Source: an uncultured Candidatus Saccharibacteria bacterium
GTDB taxonomy: Bacteria > Patescibacteriota > Minisyncoccia > UBA9983
Reading direction: 5' to 3'
Length of the DNA stretch: 64,000 nt
Assembly: GCA_964456855.1 (NCBI GenBank)
Contig: CAYWCU010000002.1
Location: 792-64,791, forward strand
Below the pieces are notes generated by a model, which was given only the letters and a program-made list of their open reading frames with translations, was not told where the DNA came from and did no database searches. A program made the translations under genes and the position numbers. Below are positions 9,233 to 19,226 of the stretch, piece after piece (within the stretch, counting starts at the first letter, position 1; every line of letters begins with the position of its first letter).

Positions 9233-10012
9233 ATGAAAAAAACACTAAGAAAACTTCCCTATTACAAACAACTGCGGGCTTACTACAGTATTGCAAGAGG
9301 GGCTTATTCAAATAAATACAACTTTTTCCAAAAGACCGTGCTGTTGAAAAATTTTTTCTCCTACTTGAAAAAATACTCCAAACTGGCCTCAAACAAAAAT
9401 TTTGAATTCAGTTTGGACAACATCTCGCCGCAAATATATGATAATGTCCCCCACTCCCAACAGCTGGATTATGTTTATTTTTATCAAGATACATGGTGCG
9501 CGAAAAAAATCTTTCAAAACAAGCCAGAACACCACTTTGACATCGGTTCAAAGGTTGAAATGGTTGGCATCATATCTCAATTCACGCCAACGACAATGAT
9601 TGATTTGCGGTCACTGGATATCAACTTGCCAAATCTGCAATTCATGAAAGGCGACATCCTCTCTCTGCCGCTCAAAGATAATTCTGTGGAATCATTAAGT
9701 TCCATCTGCGTCATAGAGCATATTGGGCTCGGAAGATATGGTGATCCACTTAACCCTTTTGGCTCGGAAAAAGCAGCGAAAGAAATAAAAAGAGTATTGC
9801 AGAACAAGGGGGATCTCTATATCTCCCTACCTATTGACAATGAAAATAAAACCTATTTTAACGCCCACAGAGCATTTACTCGCAAATATATCTTGGAATT
9901 ATTCTCCCCACTAAAATTGGTTGAAGAAAAATACATCTACAAAAACAAGTTGACGGACAACTATAATTCGGAAAGTGGTTTTGGAACCGGATTATTTTGG
10001 TTTAAAAAATAA
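9233..10012 (+). CDS. DUF268-like SAM-dependent methyltransferase
   Basis: HFDIGS, VIEHIGLGRYGDP, FNAHR. Confidence 0.8.
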   Translation: MKKTLRKLPYYKQLRAYYSIARGAYSNKYNFFQKTVLLKNFFSYLKKYSKLASNKNFEFSLDNISPQIYDNVPHSQQLDYVYFYQDTWCAKKIFQNKPEHHFDIGSKVEMVGIISQFTPTTMIDLRSLDINLPNLQFMKGDILSLPLKDNSVESLSSICVIEHIGLGRYGDPLNPFGSEKAAKEIKRVLQNKGDLYISLPIDNENKTYFNAHRAFTRKYILELFSPLKLVEEKYIYKNKLTDNYNSESGFGTGLFWFKK

Positions 10013-10017
10013 ACAGT

Positions 10018-10881
10018 ATGATTATAGTTAAATTGCATGGAGGGCTCGGCAATCAAATGTTTCAATACGCCACGGGACGCAGTATTGAAATTACCAGCAA
10101 CACAAAAGTTAAATTTGATTTGTCTTGGTTTAAGCAATTCCCGCAAAGAAAATACGGGCTGGACAAATTCAACACAAAGGTTGATATTGCCAACTTGCTG
10201 GAAATTGCGAGATTGAGAAGGTGGGAGAGGAAAGACGGGCGCCGTTTTTCCCCGCTTGCTCTTTTAAGAAAAAGAGGGGCTATTCACATAAAAGACAGCG
10301 AGTATGCTTCTCAAGAAAAAATATTAAACGCAAGAGATGGTGTATATTTGGACGGACATTGGCAAAGTGAAAAATATTTTGACAAAGTAAAAGACATCAT
10401 CCGCAAAGAATTTATGTTAAAAAATGAACCAAGCGGGCGGTATAAAAACATAGAAACAGAAATCAGAAAAAACAAATCAGTATCCATGCACATCAGAAGA
10501 GGAGATTACACCATGGAAAAAGTTCAAAAAACGCTCGCACTTTGCTCATTAGGATATTATCAAAAAGCAATTCAAAAAATGGCTGAGAAAATTGAAAACC
10601 CAACTTTTTTTATTTTTTCCGACGATATAGAGTGGGTAAAAGAAAATTTAAAAATAGAATATCCAATGGTCTTTGTGAGCAATGACGAATTAAAGGATCA
10701 CGAGGAGCTGATTTTGATGAGCAAATGCGGGCATAATATTATCGCCAACAGCTCCTTCGGATGGTGGGGCGCATGGCTAAACAACAATCCGAATAAAATA
10801 ATTATTACTCCTAAAAAGTGGTTCAAAGACACTTCAAAAAATACAAAAGATTTAATTTCTGAATCTTGGTTAAAATTGTAA
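10018..10881 (+). CDS. Alpha-1,2-fucosyltransferase (GT11)
   Basis: GGLGNQMFQYA, HIRRGDY, FSDDIEW, IIANSSFGWWGAWL. Confidence 0.93.
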   Translation: MIIVKLHGGLGNQMFQYATGRSIEITSNTKVKFDLSWFKQFPQRKYGLDKFNTKVDIANLLEIARLRRWERKDGRRFSPLALLRKRGAIHIKDSEYASQEKILNARDGVYLDGHWQSEKYFDKVKDIIRKEFMLKNEPSGRYKNIETEIRKNKSVSMHIRRGDYTMEKVQKTLALCSLGYYQKAIQKMAEKIENPTFFIFSDDIEWVKENLKIEYPMVFVSNDELKDHEELILMSKCGHNIIANSSFGWWGAWLNNNPNKIIITPKKWFKDTSKNTKDLISESWLKL

Positions 10882-10883
10882 AT

Positions 10884-11699
10884 TTAATCAACAGATTTTT
10901 TATAATTTTTACTTTCCCAATACTTAAAATCCTTTCTGGGCTTAAGCCCAACAAAAAATTGTATCAAAAAAGCATCTATTGCTCGCATAAAAGAATATTT
11001 GAACCCTCTTTTACCATCCTTGTATAATCTTCTTTTGAAATACAATTTTCTGAATCTATATTGAAAAAACCAAATACCTCTGATACAATGCCCCATAAAA
11101 CTTTTTGTCTTTGGGATTCTTTCAACCTGTAATTCTAATTGCGGGAATATTCGCTGAGGGCGATAAGCATAATGATTCCATCGTTGGCAATGCCAAACAG
11201 GGTAATTAAAATTCATTACTTTGTATGAATGTTCCAAACTTTCATGAACCCTCCCCCTCTCATCAGTTTTATAAAAAATATCTTTGTTGTTTTTTATAAT
11301 TCTCTCGGGATAATCTATTAAATGATTAACATAGTCATCAACTCTCTTTATTTTGGTAACATCTGGATTTTCCTTTTTTAAAAAATTTTTAATGTTACTT
11401 TTGAACTCATTGCTTAATTTTTCGTCCGCGTCCAAAACAATAATAAAATCTTTTGTGGCCTTTTCCATGGCAAAATTTTTGGCTGCACCGTAATGAAAAA
11501 CCCCTTCGGGATGATATTTGTGTAATTTAATATTATTATGTTGTTGGGCGAAATCTTCAATAATTCTTAATATTCCGTCTGATGAACCGGTATCAATAAT
11601 TATAATTTCGTCGGCAAAACCAACCAATGAAGCAAAAAATTCCTTCATCCGCCTTTTTTCATTTTTTACAATTGCACAAACTGAAATTGTTGGCTTCAT
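10884..11699 (-). CDS. Glycosyltransferase family 2
   Basis: ISVCAIVKNE, IDTGSSD, LDADE, VHE. Confidence 0.88.
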   Translation of the reverse strand: MKPTISVCAIVKNEKRRMKEFFASLVGFADEIIIIDTGSSDGILRIIEDFAQQHNNIKLHKYHPEGVFHYGAAKNFAMEKATKDFIIVLDADEKLSNEFKSNIKNFLKKENPDVTKIKRVDDYVNHLIDYPERIIKNNKDIFYKTDERGRVHESLEHSYKVMNFNYPVWHCQRWNHYAYRPQRIFPQLELQVERIPKTKSFMGHCIRGIWFFQYRFRKLYFKRRLYKDGKRGFKYSFMRAIDAFLIQFFVGLKPRKDFKYWESKNYKKSVD

Positions 11700-11710
11700 A
11701 AAAATATTTT

Positions 11711-12145
11711 TTATTTAATTAAATTAATAAAAATTTTCCTTCGCGGTTTATAAATTTTGAAAAAGTAAATTTTGTCTTTGACTTCTTTTTTGGAAAATTC
11801 GCCTACCATATCCAATAATTCTTTCTCCTTGTAGCGGTGCTTATGGGTCGGATCTTTTTTCATCAATTTTTTCTTGGACCAATCTTTGTCAACCTTAATA
11901 TCGGCTCTTCCGCCCTTTTTCAAAACCCTGTAAATTTCATCAAAAAATTTCCGCGCCTCGCTCGGGTCAAAATGCTCCACCAAATGCGCCGAATACACTT
12001 CATCAACGCTGTTGTCGCCAAAAGGCAAGTTCAGCGCCGACGCCACGATATCGGGACATGTTTTTTCGTCCAAGTCAACGCCGACAAAACCTTCTCGCTT
12101 ATTGCTTCCGCATCCGATGTCAATTTTTATTTTTTTATTTTCCAT
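11711..12145 (-). CDS. Small SAM-dependent methyltransferase (type 11)
   Basis: IDIGCGS, LPFGDNSVDEVYSAHLVEH, RVLKKGG. Confidence 0.85.
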   Translation of the reverse strand: MENKKIKIDIGCGSNKREGFVGVDLDEKTCPDIVASALNLPFGDNSVDEVYSAHLVEHFDPSEARKFFDEIYRVLKKGGRADIKVDKDWSKKKLMKKDPTHKHRYKEKELLDMVGEFSKKEVKDKIYFFKIYKPRRKIFINLIK

Positions 12146-12208
12146 ATTATAACGGTTAAAAGTTTATAAATTTCAAAGCCGTAAAGCGGAAATAGAAAAT
12201 TATTGATT

Positions 12209-13108
12209 TTAATATTTTACTTTGTAATCTTTCGGCTTTATTTTGTAAAATAAATTAAGCCAGCCGAACAAAACATTAAAAACAATTTTATCTTTCGCGG
12301 ACATTTCTCTTTTCCATTTTTCATCCAATTTTATTTCGTCGCTCTTTGCTTTTATTCTCAGATTAAAATTGCCGCCCGGCTGATAATGGACATTATTTTT
12401 AAACCTTAACATCTCTGGCTCAAAAGGCAATCCCACCCGCCCTAAAATGAATTTCAGAATATTTTTCGGATCTTTGACAAAATCTTCGTATAAAATAAAA
12501 ATATTCGGGATATTTTTATTTCTTTTTTTAACCAACTCTATTTTTATGTTGGTCATCGCCCATCTTTTCATAAAAGCGAAACCTCGCCTGCCCAATTTTA
12601 TGTTTGAATAAGCGACTCCCCTGCCGTCCCTGACCAAATGCAATAATGTGATGTCCAGATCTTCGCTGAATTTAATGATGGCTTCCGCGCGGTCATAATC
12701 CTTGGAAGAGTCAAAGACAACTTTTTTGCCGGAGAACCGCGCTATGTTTTTATAAACCCGTTCCGCCGCGCGGGCGTATTCTCTCGCATCCAATTTCTTT
12801 TCGGATCCGCCGGCGTAATAGAGAAAATTATCGCTGTTCAAAAGAAAATCCGGCTTTCTCCTGTGTGTCGGCGGCAATTTTGAAACATCCACGCCCTCAA
12901 AAACTTTTTGCCAAAATTCGCAATCCTTTATTTCATTCCCGCAGCTGCACAATTCGCCGGAATTCAGATGGTCGCCGTAGTGCGACAGCTCGCCGACGCC
13001 GACAACTTGCGAATGCGAATCCATAACCAAATCCAGCAAGGTGCTGCCAGAATGCCCTTCCCCCGCCAGTATTATTACGGGAATTTTTTTATTATTTTTT
13101 TTCTCCAT
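12209..13108 (-). CDS. Sulfotransferase
   Basis: GHSGSTLL (5'-PSB), DSSK, HLVRDGRGVAYS (3'-PB), YEDF. Confidence 0.88.
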   Translation of the reverse strand: MEKKNNKKIPVIILAGEGHSGSTLLDLVMDSHSQVVGVGELSHYGDHLNSGELCSCGNEIKDCEFWQKVFEGVDVSKLPPTHRRKPDFLLNSDNFLYYAGGSEKKLDAREYARAAERVYKNIARFSGKKVVFDSSKDYDRAEAIIKFSEDLDITLLHLVRDGRGVAYSNIKLGRRGFAFMKRWAMTNIKIELVKKRNKNIPNIFILYEDFVKDPKNILKFILGRVGLPFEPEMLRFKNNVHYQPGGNFNLRIKAKSDEIKLDEKWKREMSAKDKIVFNVLFGWLNLFYKIKPKDYKVKY

Positions 13109-14207
13109 AAATCTCCAAATATTTTTTAATAATGTTGTCCCATGACATTTCTTGGCTCCGGCTTACGGCGTTTCGGGACATTCTTTCATATAGCTCAGGA
13201 TCGCTTAATAATCTGATAATTTTCTCCGCGGTATCTTCCGGATTATTCTGTTTCGCCAAAAAGCCGTTAAATCCGTCTTTTATCGCGTCCTCTCCCCCAT
13301 TACCGCAGGAACCGACAACCGGCAAGCCACGCGCGTTCGCTTCAAGATAAACCAATCCAAACCCTTCAAAATTAAACTCGTCGCTCAAGGGGGTTAAGGC
13401 GAAAATTTTTGATTTTGCGTAAAGTTCTTTCAGCTCATTATTGGAAACTTTCCCGAGTAAAACAACATTGCCGCCCAAATCCGAATCCTCAATTATTTTC
13501 TTAATATGGTTTGTATAATCGCCGTCGCTCTGCGAACCCGCTATAAGGTATTTGGCGTCCGGAATCGCCTTGAGGATAATCTTCATCGCCCTGACAATAA
13601 CATCAAACCCTTTTCTTTTTTTCAAAGCTCCGACCCCGATAATTGTATTTTCTTTTTGCCGGACGCCAGACGTCTCTTTGTCCGCGAAATCAACATCCAC
13701 CCCGTTCGGAATGACGATAAAATTCGCCGAACTTAAATTGCCACGCCCCAAAACTGTTTTCCTCGTGTAATCGCTGACGCAAACAACTTTTCGCGCGTTT
13801 TTATAGGCGGCGGTTTGAAAAAATTTGTAAAAAGCCCCGCGCAATGTCTTAACGCCGTAAGAACCGTGAATTGTGATAAAATATCTCGCGCGCGAAATCC
13901 TGGAAAGCAAATAAGCGATGAAAGCGTAGGGCTCAACAAAGCAATGAATTAAATCTATCTTGCCCGCCCTTTTTGTCTTTAACAATATTCTTAACGCATA
14001 CAAGGGCGCCAAAAAATAATTTTTCTTGAAGCTGAGTGGGTTTGGCAGAATTTCAATTTGTTCAATATCGCCATATTCCTCGCTTTTCTTATTGCAAACA
14101 ACGATAACCTTAAACCCATTTTTTATCAGTTGCTTAATAAGAGACAAGGAATAACTCCCCCATCCGCTTTTTTCTCCCAAATAATTTGTAATAATTAAAA
14201 TTTTCAT
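13092..14207 (-). CDS. Glycosyltransferase family 4
   Basis: IPNGVD, KRKGFD, EGFGLVYLEA. Confidence 0.92.
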   Translation of the reverse strand: MKILIITNYLGEKSGWGSYSLSLIKQLIKNGFKVIVVCNKKSEEYGDIEQIEILPNPLSFKKNYFLAPLYALRILLKTKRAGKIDLIHCFVEPYAFIAYLLSRISRARYFITIHGSYGVKTLRGAFYKFFQTAAYKNARKVVCVSDYTRKTVLGRGNLSSANFIVIPNGVDVDFADKETSGVRQKENTIIGVGALKKRKGFDVIVRAMKIILKAIPDAKYLIAGSQSDGDYTNHIKKIIEDSDLGGNVVLLGKVSNNELKELYAKSKIFALTPLSDEFNFEGFGLVYLEANARGLPVVGSCGNGGEDAIKDGFNGFLAKQNNPEDTAEKIIRLLSDPELYERMSRNAVSRSQEMSWDNIIKKYLEIYGEKK

Positions 14208-14239
14208 AATAATATCCAGCTATTTTACGCCATTCAACT

Positions 14240-14368
14240 TTATAAACTTTCAACTTTCACCCTTATAAACTCAATTATTCTCTCCGCCCTCTTTTTCCAC
14301 GCGTAATTCAGGACATCTTCGCGCGCCTGCCTTGCAATTCTATCAGCAAAATCGGGGTTTTGCAAAAC
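14240..14368 (-). pseudogene. Orphan alternative 3' end of the GT4 gene at 15689-16849
   Basis: Translates VLQNPDFADRIARQAREDVLNYAWKKRAERIIEFIRVKVESL*; 14313-14368 matches 15747-15802 with 3 mismatches in 56 bp. Confidence 0.85.
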
Positions 14369-14369
14369 T

Positions 14370-15062
14370 TTATTTTTCATTCTCTAAGCTGAGTTTCAAT
14401 AAAAATATTATGTCAGTTTTCAGGTTTTTCTTTACATCGTCTTTTTGTTTTTCATCCAAAAGTTCGCCCATACCGCTTAAAATATTTTTATTGCTAATCT
14501 GCTCTAATTTTGCGATACTTTTTTTCAGAAATTCACCAAACTCCATACCGGTCCTATCTTTAATTATTTTCTTATTCACGGGCCAATTATTTTTAAGGAA
14601 AAAGTGAACATCATAAATATCCCTGTTGGTTTTTCCTATCCTTTCATACATAGCCACCAATTTATGGGCGAACATATCCTCGCGAACCATCACAAGCATT
14701 GAAATCCCCAGGTATGATTTTAGTTCATACCGCGACCCGAATTTTCTGAGATTTATTTCAATTTTAATGTTTTGGCTTTTTTCTTTATGGGAAACCAGAA
14801 AAAATAAATTGTATCTCTTTTCTCTGGCGTCTTTTATTTTGCCATAGTTTTTGGCAATATCTTTGACTCTCAAAAAAACGATTTCTTTTTTTGATTCGTC
14901 CAGCAAATCAAAATCAAGATCAACTGAAAAACGGTCAAGACCATAAAATAAATAAGCGGCAGTCCCTCCTTTGAAACCCAAAAAGGGAGATATGTCCGTA
15001 TCGGAATAAATATCCTTAAGAATTCTCAGCAATATGTTTTTATGCTCAACTTTATTTAACAT
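14370..15062 (-). CDS. AbiEii-type nucleotidyltransferase toxin (type IV TA)
   Basis: FKGGTA, RFSVDLDF, AHKLVA, RDIYD. Confidence 0.92.
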   Translation of the reverse strand: MLNKVEHKNILLRILKDIYSDTDISPFLGFKGGTAAYLFYGLDRFSVDLDFDLLDESKKEIVFLRVKDIAKNYGKIKDAREKRYNLFFLVSHKEKSQNIKIEINLRKFGSRYELKSYLGISMLVMVREDMFAHKLVAMYERIGKTNRDIYDVHFFLKNNWPVNKKIIKDRTGMEFGEFLKKSIAKLEQISNKNILSGMGELLDEKQKDDVKKNLKTDIIFLLKLSLENEK

Positions 15063-15621
15063 AAAGAATTTCTTTTATCTTTTTCTCCATTCTTTTGTTT
15101 TTATAAATCGGCAAAATTTCAAAAACTTTGTCCCGATTAAGGGGAGATGGATTGTCAAAATAATAGTCTTTATTTATGTAAAGCGTGTCCAAAAAAGCTC
15201 TCTCTTTTGATGCTATAAAATATTCGCCGGAATTTTTCACCCCCACCTTGTTGGTCAGTATGGCGTCCTTTATTTTTCTAAAAGAATATTTTTGTCCATC
15301 GCATTTTATTTCGCGCGTCAAATAAGATGCGACAAAAATTTGGCTGTGGTGCTGAAAAGTAATCCCTGATTGCCCTAAGACGGTTTCAAAGCTCACATAA
15401 GCCGGAGTATAAATTTTTGTCGCAAGTTCAAATTTGTTATAATTCTTGTCTTTGGCGTAAAAACCACGGCGAATATGATGCAAATCTCCGTTTTTTACAT
15501 AATAGTTAATCCGCACCCTGGCGGCGGCGCCCGCATCTCTCCATAACAAAACAATATCCTTAAAAGAAAAGACTGTTTTGCTTGAACGCAATATTATTGA
15601 AAGATAATCACCTTTTTTCAT
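15052..15621 (-). CDS. AbiEi-type antitoxin/transcriptional regulator
   Basis: IRRGFY, PAYVSFET, IASKERAFLDTLY; overlaps abiEii start. Confidence 0.85.
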   Translation of the reverse strand: MKKGDYLSIILRSSKTVFSFKDIVLLWRDAGAAARVRINYYVKNGDLHHIRRGFYAKDKNYNKFELATKIYTPAYVSFETVLGQSGITFQHHSQIFVASYLTREIKCDGQKYSFRKIKDAILTNKVGVKNSGEYFIASKERAFLDTLYINKDYYFDNPSPLNRDKVFEILPIYKNKRMEKKIKEILYVK

Positions 15622-15688
15622 ATATGTCCCATACGTTAGCTTTAACCTTATATATAGTTTATATTATATATAAACTGCGGTCAACACT

Positions 15689-16849
15689 TTATCTGTTTAC
15701 GAATTCCAAAATCTCTTTTACTCTCTTTTCCCAAGTGTGATTTTGAACATCCTCGCACGCCTGCCTTGCAATTCTATCAGCAAAATCGGGGTTCTGCAAA
15801 ACGCGCGCGATACCCTCCGCGAGTTTCTCAGGGTTATCCGGCTCAACCAATATGGCGTTGTTTTCGTTTAAAATTTCCCTGATGGACGGCATGTCCGAGG
15901 CGACAATCGGCGTTCCGCTCGCCATATATTCAAACAGCTTCATCGGTGAAGTGTAATATTTTGAAATATCCTCTTTCGCGGTATTCGGCAACACGAGGAC
16001 ATCGGCGGCTTTCATCCATATAGGCATTTCTCCGTGAGGGCGATATCCGCCAATCTTTATATTTTCGCGATTCTTAACTCTTGATTTATAGTCATTTATA
16101 TCACTTTCCGTCCCCCCAATCAAATATATCAAGATATTCCCGTTCAAAAATTTTCCGGAATCCACCAAAGTGTCCACGCCTTTCCACGAATATAAATGCC
16201 CAGTGTAAAGAACTATTTTTTTATCCGCCGGCAAATTCAATCTCTCTCTGACTTTTAACTTTTCACTTTCAACTTTAAACTTATTGATGTCCACCCCGTC
16301 CGGCGCGACTAAAATCCTACTTGAATCAAGATTGTATTCTTTGATGTAAAAATCTTTGAGCCCTTGGGTAATGGATATAATGCCTCGGCTTTTTTTAAGA
16401 ACCCGCGCCACCAAAAAGTTTTTTCGAGCGGTGTGCGTTTCCCAAACGAGATTCTTTTTAAAAAAAGACAAATAAGAGAGTGGCAATTCGTCGCGGGAGT
16501 AAATTATATCCGCCTTTTGGAACAAAACATACCAAAAAGCGGAACAAGCGAATGAAAGCGACTGGATTCTAAAGCCGATTTTTCCGAATTTCACCAAATC
16601 CAGCGATGGAATTTTCGTTATCCGGAAATTTTTCTTCACTCCGTAATATTCAAACGGATCCTGTTTGATTTTATTGAACCGCCAAGGCAAAACAAGCTCC
16701 ACCTTTAACTTTTCACTTTCAACTTTTAACTCGGAAAACGCCTCGCACATCTTCATTATCTGAATCCCATGCGCCTTTTCCGTGGGTATTCTTACATTGG
16801 CTATGTAAATTATTTTCACCCCATTAGAAATATTTGTTGCTTTTTTCAT
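15689..16849 (-). CDS. Glycosyltransferase family 4
   Basis: PTEKAHGIQI, WKGVD, SPMKLFEYMASG. Confidence 0.92.
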   Translation of the reverse strand: MKKATNISNGVKIIYIANVRIPTEKAHGIQIMKMCEAFSELKVESEKLKVELVLPWRFNKIKQDPFEYYGVKKNFRITKIPSLDLVKFGKIGFRIQSLSFACSAFWYVLFQKADIIYSRDELPLSYLSFFKKNLVWETHTARKNFLVARVLKKSRGIISITQGLKDFYIKEYNLDSSRILVAPDGVDINKFKVESEKLKVRERLNLPADKKIVLYTGHLYSWKGVDTLVDSGKFLNGNILIYLIGGTESDINDYKSRVKNRENIKIGGYRPHGEMPIWMKAADVLVLPNTAKEDISKYYTSPMKLFEYMASGTPIVASDMPSIREILNENNAILVEPDNPEKLAEGIARVLQNPDFADRIARQACEDVQNHTWEKRVKEILEFVNR

Positions 16850-16890
16850 AAACTAATTAAGTTATCTGCCCCGTAAATTTCTAACGGGGT

Positions 16891-17562
16891 TCATTTTGTA
16901 ATTTTAATTAAGTTATCATAATATTCATCATTCTCCCACTCTTTTAGCTTTTTTTCGGGGTATGAAAAATCAGGGATATTTTTAGCAATAATATAAATAT
17001 GCGGAGAAAAAATAGAAGTAAAAATTTTATCCAAAAATTTTATTCCAAACGCAAAAGACCTTATATCCGCTATTTCCCACCCCGCCCGCTCAACCGTGAG
17101 CTCCAAGCTCTTTTTAGTGAAAAAATTAATATGGTTGCTTGCCAACGCCCCTCTGAATTTATTTAATTTAAGCAAACAAATAAATTTGGGAATAACGGGC
17201 ACCCCCAGAATTAATATTGTTTTATCGTCAGAAATTTTTTTCAGCTTAATCAAAAAAGAATGCGGGGATAAAATATGTTCAAATAAATTATTCGCCCAAA
17301 TAACCTCAAATTCTCCGGCTAAATCCACTTTATCAATCAATTCAACATTGCCGTATTTTATATTCAAATTATTGCCCTTCCCATACTCAACCTCTGAACG
17401 GGTTGTCGTAATGCCCGCGCTTCCCTTTCCGAAATTAATTAAATATTCACCATAACCACACCCCAAATCAAAAACTCTTTTATTATTTAGCTTAAATTTT
17501 TTTAAAATCCTGTTAAATGATTTTGATTTTTTTACTTTTTTAAAATGTTCTTGTATTTTCAT
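16891..17562 (-). CDS. SAM-dependent methyltransferase
   Basis: FDLGCGYG, NNLFEH, LGVP. Confidence 0.82.
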   Translation of the reverse strand: MKIQEHFKKVKKSKSFNRILKKFKLNNKRVFDLGCGYGEYLINFGKGSAGITTTRSEVEYGKGNNLNIKYGNVELIDKVDLAGEFEVIWANNLFEHILSPHSFLIKLKKISDDKTILILGVPVIPKFICLLKLNKFRGALASNHINFFTKKSLELTVERAGWEIADIRSFAFGIKFLDKIFTSIFSPHIYIIAKNIPDFSYPEKKLKEWENDEYYDNLIKITK

Positions 17563-17594
17563 AAATTTTTACCCCGCTAGAGATGGGATGAGTT

Positions 17595-18194
17595 TTAAAC
17601 GATTTTTAATATAAAGAAATGATGGTATTGGTTTTCCAAAGGAATAAATTCATCCATTATCTTGAAATGCCGTTTAATTATTCTCTTTATTTTTCTTAGC
17701 GGATACCCTCGCTTGCCTATTTCCCAATAATGCACACCGCTTGAGTCGTGCTTAAGAGGCAGCGGAATTTTAACGGCAAGGCGCGCTTCTTTTATCATCG
17801 GGATTTTAAAATTCAATTTTAATTGCGGACCGAAATGCGGGAGAGACAAAACAACATATCTTCCGGCAACTCGCCTTAGCTCAGACAAACTTTTTTCAAA
17901 TTTTTCAAAAGGCAAATGCTCAAGTACTTCGGCGCATAAAACAACATCAAAGCTGTTGTTTTCCAGGGGCATATCATCAACCGAACCGACAATGTCCGGA
18001 TTCAGCTCTTTTTCAATGTCAAAAGTTTTTACTTTGCCGATCTGTTTTTTCAAAACATCAACCACAATACCGTCCCCAGGACCGACAACCAAAACGCTGT
18101 TCGGCTCCAAATCCGCGACAGCCCTAATCTGGTGCCAATAACTGACCCAGCGGCTTTTATGGACATATTTTTTGAAGGAATATTTTTTATTCAT
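17595..18194 (-). CDS. SAM-dependent methyltransferase
   Basis: LVVGPGDG, FDVVLCAEVLEHLP, HYWEIG. Confidence 0.85.
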   Translation of the reverse strand: MNKKYSFKKYVHKSRWVSYWHQIRAVADLEPNSVLVVGPGDGIVVDVLKKQIGKVKTFDIEKELNPDIVGSVDDMPLENNSFDVVLCAEVLEHLPFEKFEKSLSELRRVAGRYVVLSLPHFGPQLKLNFKIPMIKEARLAVKIPLPLKHDSSGVHYWEIGKRGYPLRKIKRIIKRHFKIMDEFIPLENQYHHFFILKIV

Positions 18195-18227
18195 ACATTA
18201 AAAAAATCATTTATTTTTCTAATTGCA

Positions 18228-18893
18228 TTATTCATCGCTATTTTCAGCGCGCTGCCGAGCGCGTATAACAAAAGATAAAGCAAACAAGCTTGGCCATTTT
18301 CTTGCTAAAAACTTGAAAATTAACTTGGTAAATATATTGCTATTGCCAAAACCGTTAAATTGGGCATTTTCTATCTCGTATCCCAGCGCGTCCAGCATTT
18401 TTTTTAATTCTTTAAAGTTAAACCAATAAATATGCCCTTTTTGGGGCGAATTATTCTCAGGGACTTTTCCAAGCAATACTTGCAGACGAGCCGGCATAGA
18501 AGAAAAATTGGGGACGCCGATTATGATATATTTTTTTGAAACTCGCACTATCTCCTTGAGTGTTTTCTTGGGATCAAACAGATGCTCTAAAACATCAAGC
18601 GCCACAACATAGTTAAACGCATTATCGCCATAAGGCAACGGGGTGCTTGAAAAATCATACTGCGCCGCGCGCAATCCTTTTTTATTGGCGAGGCATACGG
18701 CTTCTCTGGACAGATCAAGCCCTTCCCCTTTAATATTTTTTTTATCAAGCAATTCAAGAAGCAACCCGTTTCCGCAACCGACATCAAGGACGGAGCCGCC
18801 GGAAATAAGGCTATACGCCGCCCGATGCCTGAATTCACAAGTTTGGCTTCCTCCTCTCCAAAATTTTTCAGCAAATTTTTTTTCTTGACTCAT
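18228..18893 (-). CDS. SAM-dependent methyltransferase (MetW-like)
   Basis: VLDVGCGNG, LDVLEHL, GVPN, HIYWF. Confidence 0.85.
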   Translation of the reverse strand: MSQEKKFAEKFWRGGSQTCEFRHRAAYSLISGGSVLDVGCGNGLLLELLDKKNIKGEGLDLSREAVCLANKKGLRAAQYDFSSTPLPYGDNAFNYVVALDVLEHLFDPKKTLKEIVRVSKKYIIIGVPNFSSMPARLQVLLGKVPENNSPQKGHIYWFNFKELKKMLDALGYEIENAQFNGFGNSNIFTKLIFKFLARKWPSLFALSFVIRARQRAENSDE

Positions 18894-18943
18894 TTGAATA
18901 TAATGGAACTGCCACTAAATACTAGGTTTGAGCACAGTCCGTT

Positions 18944-19060
18944 TTAATTTACTTTTACTTCACTGATTAGTCTTTTAATTAAATTTTTCAGACCGTGATT
19001 TTCGGCAACATACTCCCTCATGCCCTCATCTTTGCCGGATTTTGAAAGCGCGATTGTTTT
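18944..19060 (-). pseudogene. Orphan diverged 3' end homologous to the GT4 at 19828-20973
   Basis: Translates ..DEGMREYVAENHGLKNLIKRLISEVKVN* versus ..ADMREIVVKNHGLENFIKKIISVLNQ*. Confidence 0.7.
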
Positions 19061-19128
19061 TTTAAAAAGTTTTCTCATTTTTTCCCTAATGTTATTTTTC
19101 GGCGCGGGGGTCAAGTAATCCAAACCGC

Positions 19129-19174
19129 AAAAACCGGCGGGATGTCAGATAAGCCGAGCATCCCGCCGGTTTTT
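19129..19174. terminator. Intrinsic terminator-like hairpin
   Basis: AAAAACCGGCGGGATG ... CATCCCGCCGGTTTTT downstream of ORF 19227-19637. Confidence 0.7.
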
Positions 19175-19226
19175 TCTTTTTCGCAAACTTCCGGACAAAA
19201 ATGCGTTCGGTAAAGCAACCTGTTCA

